NCBI GenBank assembly: GCA_051362555.1
Contig: CM120640.1
Coordinates: forward strand, 56,398,788-56,462,787
From: Lingula anatina
Taxonomy: Eukaryota; Animalia; Brachiopoda
Direction: 5' to 3'
DNA: 64,000 nucleotides
This document shows positions 51,415 through 64,000 of the stretch, one piece after another. Position numbers and translations under genes: made by a program. How positions within the stretch are numbered: position 1 is the stretch's first letter; the number at the start of each line of letters is the position of its first letter. Below the pieces are notes generated by a model. It made no database searches. It was not told the DNA's origin and saw nothing but the letters and a program-made list of their open reading frames with translations.

Positions 51415-54400
51415 ATGGCGGCGAGGTGTGGAGGTGTCCTCGTAGGCCAAATATGTATAGTTTTGACGTTACTAGTATTATGTACACGTAAGTATTTATT
51501 CCTCTGTAGTTTTAATATTGTATAATATACCTTGCAAAAGTAATCGGACAATACTATCTACCGTACCTTGGCCTGTAAATTGCCGTTGATTGCGCGGCAT
51601 GTTTGTCATACCGCGGAAATGAATCATATTGTTGCATGTTTTAATTTATCTCTGTGTCTGCAAGATTAAGAAGTACTCTCTTTGCACTGTATTCATGTGT
51701 TTTCGACTGTTTTAGGTTAAGCTCAGAAGGAGTTCTAATTGGTTCCAATTGTTTATTTGATTCCACAACCGAAACAATGCATACATGTACCTGTGAAATT
51801 TCATAAGTTGTTTTCATGATCACTGAGCTCTGAGCTCTGCCTCTTTTTTACTTTAAGCGCTCATTACCTGGTTCAAAATTTTCTGTAAAGGATAATAAGA
51901 ATATGCTCGGGCATTTATTGATGATTTTGGGGATACCTGGGATCGAAACTGAAAGTTATATGTGTGGGCGCCTATTTAATTTAAAAACATTTTATTCAAA
52001 TTGTTGATTTACGACATACCAGTTATGAAAGGGGACAAGTTCAGCAAGCTTTGTTTGTGAACCATAGCTAGGTGTCTCGATCATTGCTAATGAATATAAC
52101 TTAAAATTGGTCATATTCTGGAGAAAGTGCTGATAAAATGTTGAGAGCCTTGAACCAGTGTCTGTTACAAAATTTAACAACTGATATTAATGGATTTGGT
52201 GAAAGAGTGGTCAGTTGAATCATCTGTTTTCTACCTGTTTTAGAGGCCCAACAGTGTCAGTTCCCAAGTGGGTTTTTAGGAGACTGGTACTCTAAGGAGA
52301 ATGGTGAAGACACAGATACAGTTATTGATGGCACAGCTTTTCAAATCAATAGTAGAGAATATGGAGGACCATGCATTGCCTCAAGACGTTATAATGAAAC
52401 AACTACACACGAACAGAACAATAAACTCAAAGTTTTAATAAGGAATAGTAGGTAGGTGATTACATCTCTTGCGCTTCAGATATGATTGATGGTAATTCTT
52501 TAGAGAATAACCCCTCAAATGTAGAACTGTTATATTTGAAAATGACTCAGTTATGTAAATAAGGAATAAAACCTTTATTTTATTTATTTATTTATTTATT
52601 TGTTTGTTTGTTTGTTTGTTTGTTTTTATTTTGTAATTATTATTTAATTAATTAATTAATCAATTAATTACTTTTTTGAGATATACTCTTTCATGTTGCA
52701 GTTTTTATAGTTCTCTTGTTTTAGGAATGGAGTGTCCACATAAAAAGGAATGTCACAAATAATGAAAAAAGTGGCACTATTGGTTTTGTTATGTACTTGG
52801 TAAAGCAACAATGTTGATTAATTGCTAATAATTTTTATATACATTGTATTTATTTCAGAGGTGGCAATAATTGCTATATGTGCTTAGAGTTATACTTGAG
52901 AACCCCAAACATTCTGCAGCAAAGATCAGGTAGGAAATCTTTCATTTATGTACAAGTTAAATAAGTACAATATCTCAAAAGTTTTTATCTGCTTGCCACC
53001 AGTCTGATGAAGGAGACACCACATACCTCTCTTTACTCACAATTGGAAACCGATGCTTAATATGTGGAAGGTTTAAATCAAAGCATACTGGTACTGTACT
53101 CTAACAATAGTCTGATATTGACAAAAAATAATAAAAATTCCCTTTTTGCAGCATCTTCCTGTAGATCCAGCCCAATAGCTCCTTCCCTGGAAGATGTTTG
53201 TAATGCAATACGGCCACAGGCAGGCTTGGTGACTATGTTCAGTAAGTTGCAATACCCCTGTACTTGGATGTGATGATGAATGATTTAACATGACTCGTTT
53301 TTTACCAACTAGTTTATTGAAGATATAAAATATTGTGAGGTAGTAGGTGCTTACAATAGTGTATTTTACCAAGTCACTAGATCTTAGGACACATATTGAG
53401 GTAAAGAGTAAGTCTAGAGAAATATCAGTGTTATCAGTTTTATCAACTTTGATAATCTGTATAAAAATTACATTTTAAAAAAGTTTCAGTTGATAGTGAC
53501 TGAATGAATTAACTTAAATCATTACTAATTGCAGGGAAGTCTGCCATCAATGTGAACTGCAGGACAACATTTGAAGGTGTCTTCCAGTTTACATATGAGT
53601 ATGATGTTGGAGGTGGTGGTATCTGTAACAGTCCTAGTAGTATTATAACTGCCTGTCAACTGCCAGGGTCAGTCTACTATGACAACCAGGCCTTTGACAT
53701 GGTCTATGCTGTTTGCCCTGGATTGAGTATGTCCAAAGATGACAGTAAGTACAGATATTGATATGTTAACAATTTGAATATTGTACATGATTATTTTATT
53801 AATGTAAAAAAATTGGATCAGAAAGAATATAAAATATTTGGCAAGTGGATATTTTTATAAATGTACACATTTTCAAGATGAGCAAATTCTAATAACCGTT
53901 TTATGAAAAAGTGTTTTGTTGGAAATGAGTCTTTTATCTTTAAATTGTATGAATTCTTGTTCTTTAGCCATAAGATACCAGTGCTTAGGTTCTTGGTTGG
54001 ATGATAATGGGAACATATTTGCAGCTGTTATGAACACAGGAGAAGATCGGCCATACAGAAGGTTTAGATGCATGGTATGATGAATTCAGATTAAAAACAT
54101 TTGTCATTTGATGATGGTTAAGTAAACATGTTTAAGTGTATTGTACACAGTACAAGATGTAACCTTAACTTGGGGTTGGTTTTTAAAAAATATTGTACCA
54201 TATAATTATGTATTAAACATTTACTTTTTAGTTAACGAGAAAAGAACAACAAAGAGGAAATAATGAGGTTCGCTGGACCATGTCTGAGAGTGCGGAATGT
54301 TCCACGTTGAAAAGTCCATATGAGGGACCTATAAGACTGCTGTTAACACCTGGTGAGAATTTTTTGATGGCCAAATCAGATTATTCAATTGTTCAAGGGC

Positions 54401-57202
54401 AATCATAACCACTGTACATATATAGAACAATTCCAATCTGGTATAAAATGGTAGCATGTACAGTTCGTCATGAATATATATACATTTAATCATTTGTCTG
54501 CATTTAATTTTTAGTGTAATCAATTATTGATAAGAAGCAACTATTTCAGTCAATTCTTCAATAAGAAAGCTTCGTATTTATATTTTTTATCTAAATTTTT
54601 AGTTGTTGGCAGTACCCAGTTGCGAGAAATCACTCCATCTTGCAACCTGCCTAGAAACTTCAGTGGGACCTGGTTTACCACTGGTGAATATGACTCCACT
54701 GTCACCATCAACTACACTCACATCTACTTCAAGACTAAAATTGACCAGTTTACCACCAGGGAGACATATTTCACTTGTCAACAGACACAGCAGTCCAGTT
54801 ACATGATGACATCTGTCACAAGGGGGAGATGGTGAGTTTTCTGGACGGCAAGATCTGGGTTTACCCTTGAAGCTAGTTTCAGATATGGCTGAATATTAAT
54901 AACTTTTTTAGGAATCAGAAAATGATTTATTTAGATAAGAGCAGAATATTTCCACTGCATGGATTATCTTGTTAGGCTAAGCCCATACTTTAATAATAAG
55001 TTTTATTTTCCAATGAAGAATTAACATTGAATGAACAGCAATACTTGAAGTATAATTCAGTGTGCAGAGGTTAAGTAAATAGATGGATTTTGCATTCTCA
55101 ACATGTTTTTGTTAGTGATTTCATCTGTTCATCAATTCAGTCAACTCTAATAGTTTTTTTTTTTTGTATTTCCAGTGAGGTAGATTATGTGTGTTTTGAC
55201 TTCCTTCCCCGTCATCACAACATAATCAGATACAGACTAGGTAAATAGCCTGCATATAAACTGAAGACCATACCCTTCTACCTGTATTTCAGTAATTTTG
55301 TTGAAAATATAAGTCGTACAATTTTAACTTGCCCACAGACAAAGTAATTTTTTATGAATGCACAATGTTCTTGAGATAATTGATAATAAATACTCATTGG
55401 CTATCAACTTAAAATGTCTTATTATTTCAGTAGTTTTTGTTTGATTTCTTCATATCAAGAAAAAATTACTGCACAAGATTGATGTTTTGTTCATACTACC
55501 TTACAGGGAAGCCTTTCCGTCTATCTCGACAAGAGAAAGAGCAACCAGTTGAAGATTATCTTGTTACCAAGTTCAGACAGGCGTGTGCAAGACCCTCCTA
55601 TGTTTTAAATGAGCAAAACTATAATTGGAAGTACAATACTTTTATATGTAAGTTCTCTATTGAAGTATATTGTATTTTGCTTTTTATTATTTTACCCAGT
55701 TAAAAGTAGAAATGAAATTGATGCAAATTTATTTGTCTTGACTAATTTCATAATTAAGAAGAAAGATATTTGTCCATAATTTATAAAAATTACATTTTAT
55801 TGCAACTAATGGTTTGAAGAAATAATATTTACAAAAACATGTCTTTATTCTAGTGTATGACCCATCTCCCATAGAATGCCCAATTCAGGGAAGGTATACA
55901 TTTAAGCAGTTTGGCGCAGAGAAATATGTTACCAGAATCAGAGGTATCACCGAGCGTCCCCGTGTGCAGGTTGACTGCAGAGATTATGAGTCAGAGATTG
56001 CCATATGTCACAGTAGAGACAGCAAGGTGATTGAAGTGGATGCTGAGCGTTGCAGGACATTGGATCAGAATGCCAGACCTGTCGGAGAATACGGTTAGGG
56101 AATTGTTACATGAGATGCTAACACTTTTTAGTTTATCTGTGTTCGTAGAGACAAATTTTTGGATGTGATATAAAAGTTCAGTACCATTAGTAACTGGGTC
56201 ACTTAATTTTCTTGTTCCAAAGTAGTGACCAATAGGTCAAAATTGAACAATGATTAATTAATGTGAAACAAAGTCATTATTTTTATAATATAAACGATAT
56301 CAATCCATTTCTGTAGATGTTCCGGACAACTTGTTGACCTGTGTTGGCTACTGGCTGGAAGACAACAGGTCATACATGGTCACTTATGATGAGGAGGACA
56401 GAATCTCACGATTCAGATGTTGGGTATGTGGAACCTCAACAAATACAAGAAGATAAAGATGGCTTAAACAGATTATAAGAATTGTTTAATGCTATATCGC
56501 TCCTCTTTTAATTAGTAAAATGTATAAAATGCTTTCATTTTGTACCTTGAAAATGTTTTTTTATTATTTAAGAAAAATTATATAATAAGCAGTTCACATA
56601 ATCCATGGAGTTTATGAAGAGATAATGAGGAAACTGGATTTCCGCACCACATTTTTCATGCAGGTTTCCTTCCTTTTCCTGTCGTTTTAATCATTGTTCT
56701 GTTTGACAGGTTTATGAAAGGCTAACGTGGCGTGATATCATCATGTCGCGGGCCGTGCGTGCTGCCTGCGGTGTGGCACAGACGCCAAGGAGTTTCAGAG
56801 CATCAGAAGGAGCCAGTCTGTCCATACAGATGTTCTTAGATGAAAGAGAGCGTAAGTTGCCATCCTAGATCTTTAAATTTAATGGTGGGACTTCTAGTTC
56901 ATCTTTAAAAGGTTAATGATTGAAAATGCGGCCTGTTTGATGTAATCTAGTGAAGATGCAGGAATTTTGTTTACTTTATGTATAATTTTTGTAACTCATT
57001 TGCCCTCTTTTAATTTCAGTTTGTATTCATTTATATTTCACTAATTCTTACAGATGACGACTGTCCACAGAAGTTTGATTTTGGTGCCAACCCATGGTTG
57101 AAAGAAAATGTCATCTACGTTTTGGGGGGAAGCATCACATTCCATGGTAGTTACATCTTGGTGCTTTGTCTCGCCTTTCTTTCATTATTATTTGCTTTTT
57201 AA
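51415..57202 (+). CDS. Secreted, probably GPI-anchored Cys-rich protein, 650 aa (DUF7042/7043/7044-like invertebrate family)
   Basis: 14 in-phase exons: 51415-51487, 52244-52451, 52859-52929, 53152-53241, 53535-53744, 53968-54074, 54232-54352, 54603-54831, 55176-55240, 55507-55647, 55854-56093, 56317-56423, 56710-56851, 57054-57202. Signal peptide, motifs CVGYWLED, FRCWVY and DDCPQKFDFGANPW, and a hydrophobic C-terminus with no cytosolic tail. The family name is from memory of similar motifs. Confidence 0.85.
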
Positions 57203-59192
57203 ACACGTTTTATATCAGGAATTGACTTTTAATACAAGATCAGCTGAGTGTTCAACTATTCAAACAGTGCTTTTAGTGACAATTTTAGATAAACTATTCC
57301 ATGTAACCCATTGCAAAGAAGTTCTTGGAATGAAAACAAGAACTGAACGCAGTGCATTTATGGTTGTGATGTGCATGTGAAACATGTTTATTTTAGTGCC
57401 TTCAAATGAAAAACTTATGTTTTAGTGACGATTTCAAACATACGTTGAATATATATATCGATATCATAAACTATTTGCATTTTACTGCCGTTTGACTTAT
57501 CGTATTTTACTGGTTTAGTCTGAATTTTTTTTATATATCAGGCATGATAGACTTGAGTACGCATATCTAACTATAATGTACACCATTAGTGTGCCCGGTA
57601 GAAAAAAATTGAAGTTGAGAGCGGATTTGCAAAGAGTAGTGCGTTTTTTTTACATGCTCTGACACATTGTATAAAAGCTGTACAGAAATCAATATTTTTA
57701 CAACAAAAAGCATATTTCATAGTATGGAAATAATAACTTCATCTTGTAGAGGATACTCGGATAACCTTGTAAATTGTAGATAGAATATTAGTGTGTTTTG
57801 CAAAAGACATCTAGTAGTTAATGAAACAATGTCAACACCCATGTAGGCGGTGTGGCTGGGATCGTTAACTTAATACTTTTACTTTTGTTGGTCAAATATT
57901 ACGCACCCAGGAATAATTTTCCATTGTATAATAACGCTTCATTTTAGATGACCCAGATTGTTTAATATCGCAACTGTTTTCTTGTACAGATCAGATGTCA
58001 CTTATCGTTGTAGAAAAGAATATAAATATATGTTCAGAATTTCGACTAAAAGAAAATGTTTGGAATTCCTACCTAACATTTGTCCTAGAGTATGTTTTTT
58101 ATAGATTGAAACCTTTTTTGTATAAGGCATTAAGTATTTGCGTATAGTGAATAATCGCGAATAGGAGATACGAAACCCATAAATCATTATTTGTTTTTGC
58201 TGATGGCAGCATATTTTGGATTCTGTATATATGAAATTGAAAACAAAGAATATAGTGAAAGTTTGTACACGAGGTTTATTTGATTGTGACTTTAATGTCT
58301 TAATTTTCAGTATAAAAACTTGAGCAATAAAAAGGATGTACAGTACTGCTCTATATGACTTTATTTGTAAATCACTTAGCCTCCACAACTTTGGACTGAT
58401 TGTCGATGGTATATTTTTAGCAGCTGTGCTTTATCTGAGCCAAGTAATATTATTTATCAGCACACAAGACGCTGGAATAATCAGTCTGAACTGTTCAAAA
58501 TAATATGTATAAATTCCTGAAAAATTTCTTTGATTGTCAAAAACAGTTGATATCTATAACTCTTCCAAATAATGTTGATTAATAAAAAAAACTAGAAAAA
58601 ACATGATATTGACCTTTAAATGTATATATGACTCCATATCATCGTGATGATTGTCAGTGGCACTTGGAGGTTACAATTAAAAGAATATTAATCTGGTTGA
58701 AGACCCGCATCAACTCCTACGAAGTTAGTTTCAAGCATTACACATTCATTTACATGGTTACAACTTACAAGAGACAAACACGCCGGGTTTTTTTTTTTCG
58801 GTGTTGGGCGACATGATTGTTCTATCAAAAACACCATCACCCTTTGCTCTCAACATGCTAGCTTTTTTCAATTGATAAATTGCTGTTGCTTCTTAGAATT
58901 TCTTCACATGTAAGTAGCGGTTACAAGCTTGGACAAATGATATAATTGCTCTTGAATCCAAAACCCAGCAGGTCTACCAGTAATAAGACCATACGGGAGC
59001 AACAACGAAGGCAGTGTCAATGTTTATTTGCTAACCAGCTATTGACTACCTGGGTCTAATATTACTGAGATTTTTTTTATCCCCATTTCTGCCACGACGC
59101 CAAGTAACTCGCTGATTCAACCAAGTGAGCGCAGAAATGAAGATCATGTCTGACTCTACTGTTATATAAATAAAAAAGTCCTGTGTCAGCCG

Positions 59193-61368
59193 TCACGCCC
59201 AGACGTATTCTATTGGCTTTTTGTAATGGGCAATCTGCCTTTCAGCAATCCTTTCCGAGAAGAAGTTTGGGTGTATAACATAGCTGTTCAGTTTGGGTGG
59301 TATCGTATGGTAGAAGTAAGTGTTGTCGTTCCGGAAATGGAACTGGAATGGTGGCGGTTTTCTGGCAATAAGTGATTTCACCTCTGTTGAAATTTTAGGG
59401 CCCTTATAGACTGGTCTGGAATGTTAAAAATAGCCTTATAGGAAAATACAATAGAAAAATTAATTAATTAATTAATAGCTAACCGGCAACGGTCTGTTCT
59501 AATAATGTTCCTTTAAAAAGGAAAATTAGTCACTTGAGAATTTACATTTTCATATAAATTAATTTCTACACTTAAATAATTGCTCTCAGATGATTTCCTT
59601 ACTTTAAAGGACTTCCATGCACTTCAGCCCGCCAACCATGGATTCTCAGCGATTCTTGATATCTCTGTTCAAATTCCTCCGGACTCGGTGAGGATGTTCT
59701 GTCGTTGTGGCGATATCCTTCTGGACTGTATGACGAGGGAGTGTGAACACTGGGCATCACCTCTGCAGGCGCCGGAGTCTGTCTGACCTCGCAAGCGGAC
59801 TGTACATCTCGCTTCGGAGTCGCTATTTTCTCTCTTCGAGACAACATCGCACTTTTGGAGCGAGATGCCGCCATGTCTTCCACTGCCTTGGTCGGATATT
59901 TCGACACAGGGGCACGTCTGTTTGGTAACTGGAATAGGCGAACTGGAGAGGACCCGTAAGCATGTGTGGGTCTGTAAGACCTGTGGGGTCTGCCATACTG
60001 GTCTCCTGAAAGAATGTAATGATAAGGTTCGTTATCTAAAAAATTCAGACTGATAAATAGGATTTTGGTTCATGGAGTTTTATTCCCTGTTGTAATCGGT
60101 CTTGTAGTGTTTTTTTTTTCTTTTTTTTACGTATTCCGTTTAACATGTTGTAGTAACAACGCGTCCCGACTAGTGAGACACTCTGTTTCATAGCTATTTG
60201 ACAAAAGTTAAAAGATTCGTCAAATTATTTTTGTAACTGTTTTATATACATGTAATTTGAGCTATGCACTTGTGTTATCACAATATTTTTCTTTTCCCGC
60301 CCTATGCGAGCGCCCCTATTGTGACTGGTTATGTCAAAAGCTGTCTATAGCTTTACATATCTAAGTATCTAAGTAGACCAGTCACGATCCTACAATTCAT
60401 TGCTGATGTATCAATATCCTTTTCCTACACAGTATATCCTTTGTTGTCTTAAAGATTCAGTAAGGACACTGTACACAAGTCGTGTTTGATATGTGCGCCA
60501 ATCAAAAATTTCAAAAGTTAATTTGTATCCCTTTTTATAAACACCAAACACTTCCAGTCATACATAATCCTTCCAATCAATTTCCATTTAGTTTCTTGCT
60601 CAATAATGTTAGAATTTGAAAATTTATGAAAAAGATTTTTCAATATATGCGGTAAATCTAGGATCTGACGAATTGTTGTCGAGAAAAAAAAACTGCTTGG
60701 ATACATGCAATTTTAATTGCTTTAATTGAATAAAAAGAATAAAAACAAAATGCTCTATCTAATTAAATAATGCCAATATCCTCAACCAAAAATAAGCACC
60801 CTCATGTCCCAAGTTCTTCAACTATAGATTTACGCTTTATTTTCACGTTATCAGCTAGAAGTACCTTTTCAACTGCGCCAGTCATATATCATATCAGTTC
60901 AGTAGCGAATACTTTTACATTATATCATTTATACCTAGTAGTTGCGTTAATAGCCCCTCAGGACAATTCAGTACAAAAACAAATATTCTTGTAATGATAT
61001 ACTTTTCCAATCACATTTTCAGCGAAGTTTCTTCTTTGGACGTTTGCTCTTTCCCTTAGTATGTATGCATCATCTATGATCTAGTGACGCAATTCAGAAA
61101 CGACCTTGATCGAAAACCATTCATTGAACTTCGATATGAAAATTCTCTCCTCTATCATTACAATCAATACTATCTTCGTTACGAGATAAAAAACAAGAAC
61201 AAAAAAAAAATTAAATGCAAGTTCATCTTTCCCCAAGTTATCTAAATCATATGGGAAACGCGTAGAATTAAAAAAATGAAAAGACCTTGAAAGTGAAATA
61301 CCTCTGTTACCCGCTGTTGATTTTCCCGAGGCAAATACGGGTGGAAATCTCGCAGAGAGCTCCCTCAT
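59193..61368 (-). CDS. Uncharacterised 230-aa basic, Pro/Ser-rich protein
   Basis: Exons 61368-61302, 60005-59603, 59415-59193 in phase. Motifs HGWRAEVHGSPL and YVIHPNFFSE. An upstream non-coding exon donor lies near 62261. Confidence 0.7.
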
Positions 61369-62379
61369 TTTCTGTGGGTTAGTATACAACTGTTCTCAGA
61401 ACTAAGAGAGCATTCAATGCTGTGACACTGGGGATGGTATTCAGCTTGGCTTATCTGTAAAATATAGAATCTGTATTATGTTCGGTATAAATAACCTCTA
61501 GAATTGAAATGTTGCTAGGTGGCGTAACAAATCTTAATACCTATGATTCTGTAAAACGGTATGAATAAAAAAGGTTATAAAATGTTGGAGTCATATTTTT
61601 TTGGAAACATACACCTATGTGATCAACAAAGGAGACTGAATACTGGTGAACAAGGTTTCTTTTTTAGCAAAGTAATCCAATACACCCAGTTTCCCCATTA
61701 ACGAGTGCAGGTCAATTTATCCTATTTTCAATACAATATAACACCATAAAATTGTTTGTTGAGGAAAAGGGCTCGTTCATTTTGCCTATTTGCGAACGGA
61801 ATGCCTCGAAGACAGTTAGAGACCACCACAGAGCGAGTAGAATTTCCTCCACTTAGATAAGTAGCAATCAAAGACTGAACGAGAAAATAGCTGACATATA
61901 TATCCTTACGTCTTTAAGCATCTCTGTTAAAAACGGAACTCTGTGAATTAATATAGGCTACGGTGGATGTAGGCCACGACAAGTTTGATAGTTTGTGATA
62001 GTACTAAGTGCAATGTTTACTGTCACTATCGGTTGCATTGCATCCGTTTATCAGCTAGAGCTGCCAAAGTTAAGGATGCAGACGACACGATAACCGAAGG
62101 TGGCGTTAGCCCCGTGTAAAACGACACCAGCTTGTGCGACCAACATGAAAAAATTATGCAAGACTCATCTGTGTCAATATATACCAAAGGTTCGCAAAAG
62201 TGGCAGAAAGGACTTTATAGTACCTTTGGCGTCGCTATTTTGCGATAAACCACCAACTTACCTGCCAACTCAGCGTCCCATCCACTCGCTACTCCCTGTA
62301 TGTGCCGACTGTCGCGTTGCGAGGATGTAAGGATCAATTACAACGGCAAATGCACATGCTGAAAGAGGGGAACTAGTAG

Positions 62380-62402
62380 CGTCACGTGTTGCTAGGGGGC
62401 CA
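62380..62402. promoter_or_regulatory. E-box plus RFX X-box-like promoter element
   Basis: GTCACGTGTTGCTAGGGGGC just upstream of the putative first exon of the orphan gene; a second GTTGCTAGG at 61511. Confidence 0.45.
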
Positions 62403-63798
62403 TTGTTGTCGCCTGCAGTAGCGATCAATTAATAACTGTTGTTGTAGCCTGGATTCGGTGAATCACTGCCCATTACCCACGTTTTGATCAAAAATCAGAA
62501 ACCTTTGTTGTTAGATTTTATTGTTGTTTAGAAAACGCATAAAGCATCAATAAAATGTTTTCAGCGACCTGAATCACCTTTGCTTATACTTCACTTTCCA
62601 CAGATTAAACCTTTGTAATTGATTTTAGCCCCGACCAATATATAAGAAATATATTATAGTATTGAATCAAATATCAGGTATCAACGATTGGATAACATAG
62701 GCGCCCAACGTTTCCTTTAGAAAGTAAAATACCAACATGAGTTGACTTTGACAAAATGTAATAGGATACGCATGTGATTGGTGATGTTGTGAAGCGTGCA
62801 TTAAAATATTTTTGTGAAAACAAGCTTGAATCTACTGACAAACGTGTCTAACAAAATACATCATTTATTTTAAAAAAAGTACATGCACTGATGAAATCGT
62901 TGCCAAAAGGAGTTGAGTTACATCCGAGTGAATGAGATCCGATGTGAAAAAATTCTACAGATTCTCTGATAATTTACAGTTTATTCAAACATTTATAAAA
63001 TGGAAGAAACATGACAAGTAGGCAAATATGCATGCAGGTTAATTTTTTTTCTAAAAGAAACTAATGAGGCCTAGACAGTGATGTAAATGGTGAAGACAAA
63101 GAGGCTTCATATTTGCACGGAATGTGCTAGGTGAGATGTTTATGGTGTTTGACACAATTAAGTGACATTTCTCTTCAAAATCCTACAATAACAAATAAAA
63201 CATTTGCAGCATATTTCATGAAGCTACCTGGATTCATTCACTCAGCTGTCTTGCAACATAACGTCCACATTCTTTGACTACTGACATAAATATATCCATC
63301 CTATCCGTAACCATCAAAGCCTCATGGGAGGGCATGGTTTAGCCTGTTACGTTACACAATAAAAAGAGAGATTAAGCTAAAATGCTTGTGTATTTTCGCT
63401 ATAAAAAGTAGCAGATGTTGCTCTTTTTGACATTTCTTAAGAGAGGTGGTCGAGGTTTCACAGTAAAACATAACATATAATCCTTCAGGCACTGGCAAGG
63501 ACTCCCTAACTCGGATAGATATATAATGTAGACCGAACATTTGCATCCTAACACTATTTGAGAACGCGGCACTTTTCACAGTAGCTTTAGTTTCCTCTTT
63601 AGTCCTTGTCTCTGAGTTGTATTTCTCTAACGTACATAATATGATATTTGTAAATTGTACTTTCAAATATCACACATAAAGGAGAAATCATTGTTAAATC
63701 ATCTTCATAAATAGGCCATTGTTTTTTGAGGTACCGTTGGGTTTTTTCATAACCGAAAACACATTTGAGAAAATATATCATGAGCCTGTTACTCAATT

Positions 63799-63974
63799 TC
63801 ACGTGGGTGTTTCTTCCTCTTTCTCTTTTTCTTCTGGAGGGTGATCCAAGACCCACCGCTGGAGAGATGTTATCAGGGGATCTTTCTTCTCATTAGGATC
63901 AATTGGTTCCTGTGATGGCACAGTAGATATGATGTCCCAGTCTATCTTGCTTCGTTCTTCTAAGTCCATAAAAA
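63799..63974 (-). CDS. Terminal coding exon of a gene extending beyond the window
   Basis: TTGCAG acceptor, then FMDLEERSKIDWDIISTVPSQEPIDPNEKKDPLITSLQRWVLDHPPEEKEKEEETPT*. Confidence 0.55.
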
Positions 63975-64000
63975 CTGCAACATTTTCTTTCGCTAATGCT

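Overview
AT-rich, compact, intron-rich invertebrate genomic DNA, most plausibly lophotrochozoan (inferred). I reconstructed gene models by hand from GT-AG junctions and intron phases. In order: a decayed multi-exon minus-strand gene (about 0.4-7.1 kb), a Penelope relic, head-to-head UTP23(-)/EIF3H(+), an intronless SPSB3-like SPRY-SOCS gene(-), PITHD1(+), MRPL15(-), two tandem STX7/STX12-like syntaxins(+), a stathmin-domain gene(-), a 14-exon secreted/GPI-type Cys-rich gene(+), a 3-exon orphan gene(-) and the last exon of a further gene(-). MITEs, foldback elements, a HINE and a Kolobok-like element are interspersed. The most striking unexplained signal is three closely spaced miR-92-complementary sites with central mismatches and 3' pairing in the predicted SPSB3 3'UTR, next to a 3'-paired miR-375 site: a candidate trigger hub for target-directed miRNA degradation (TDMD) or a sponge. 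The second syntaxin also carries two alternative terminal transmembrane exons. No database searches were run; family names come from motif recognition.
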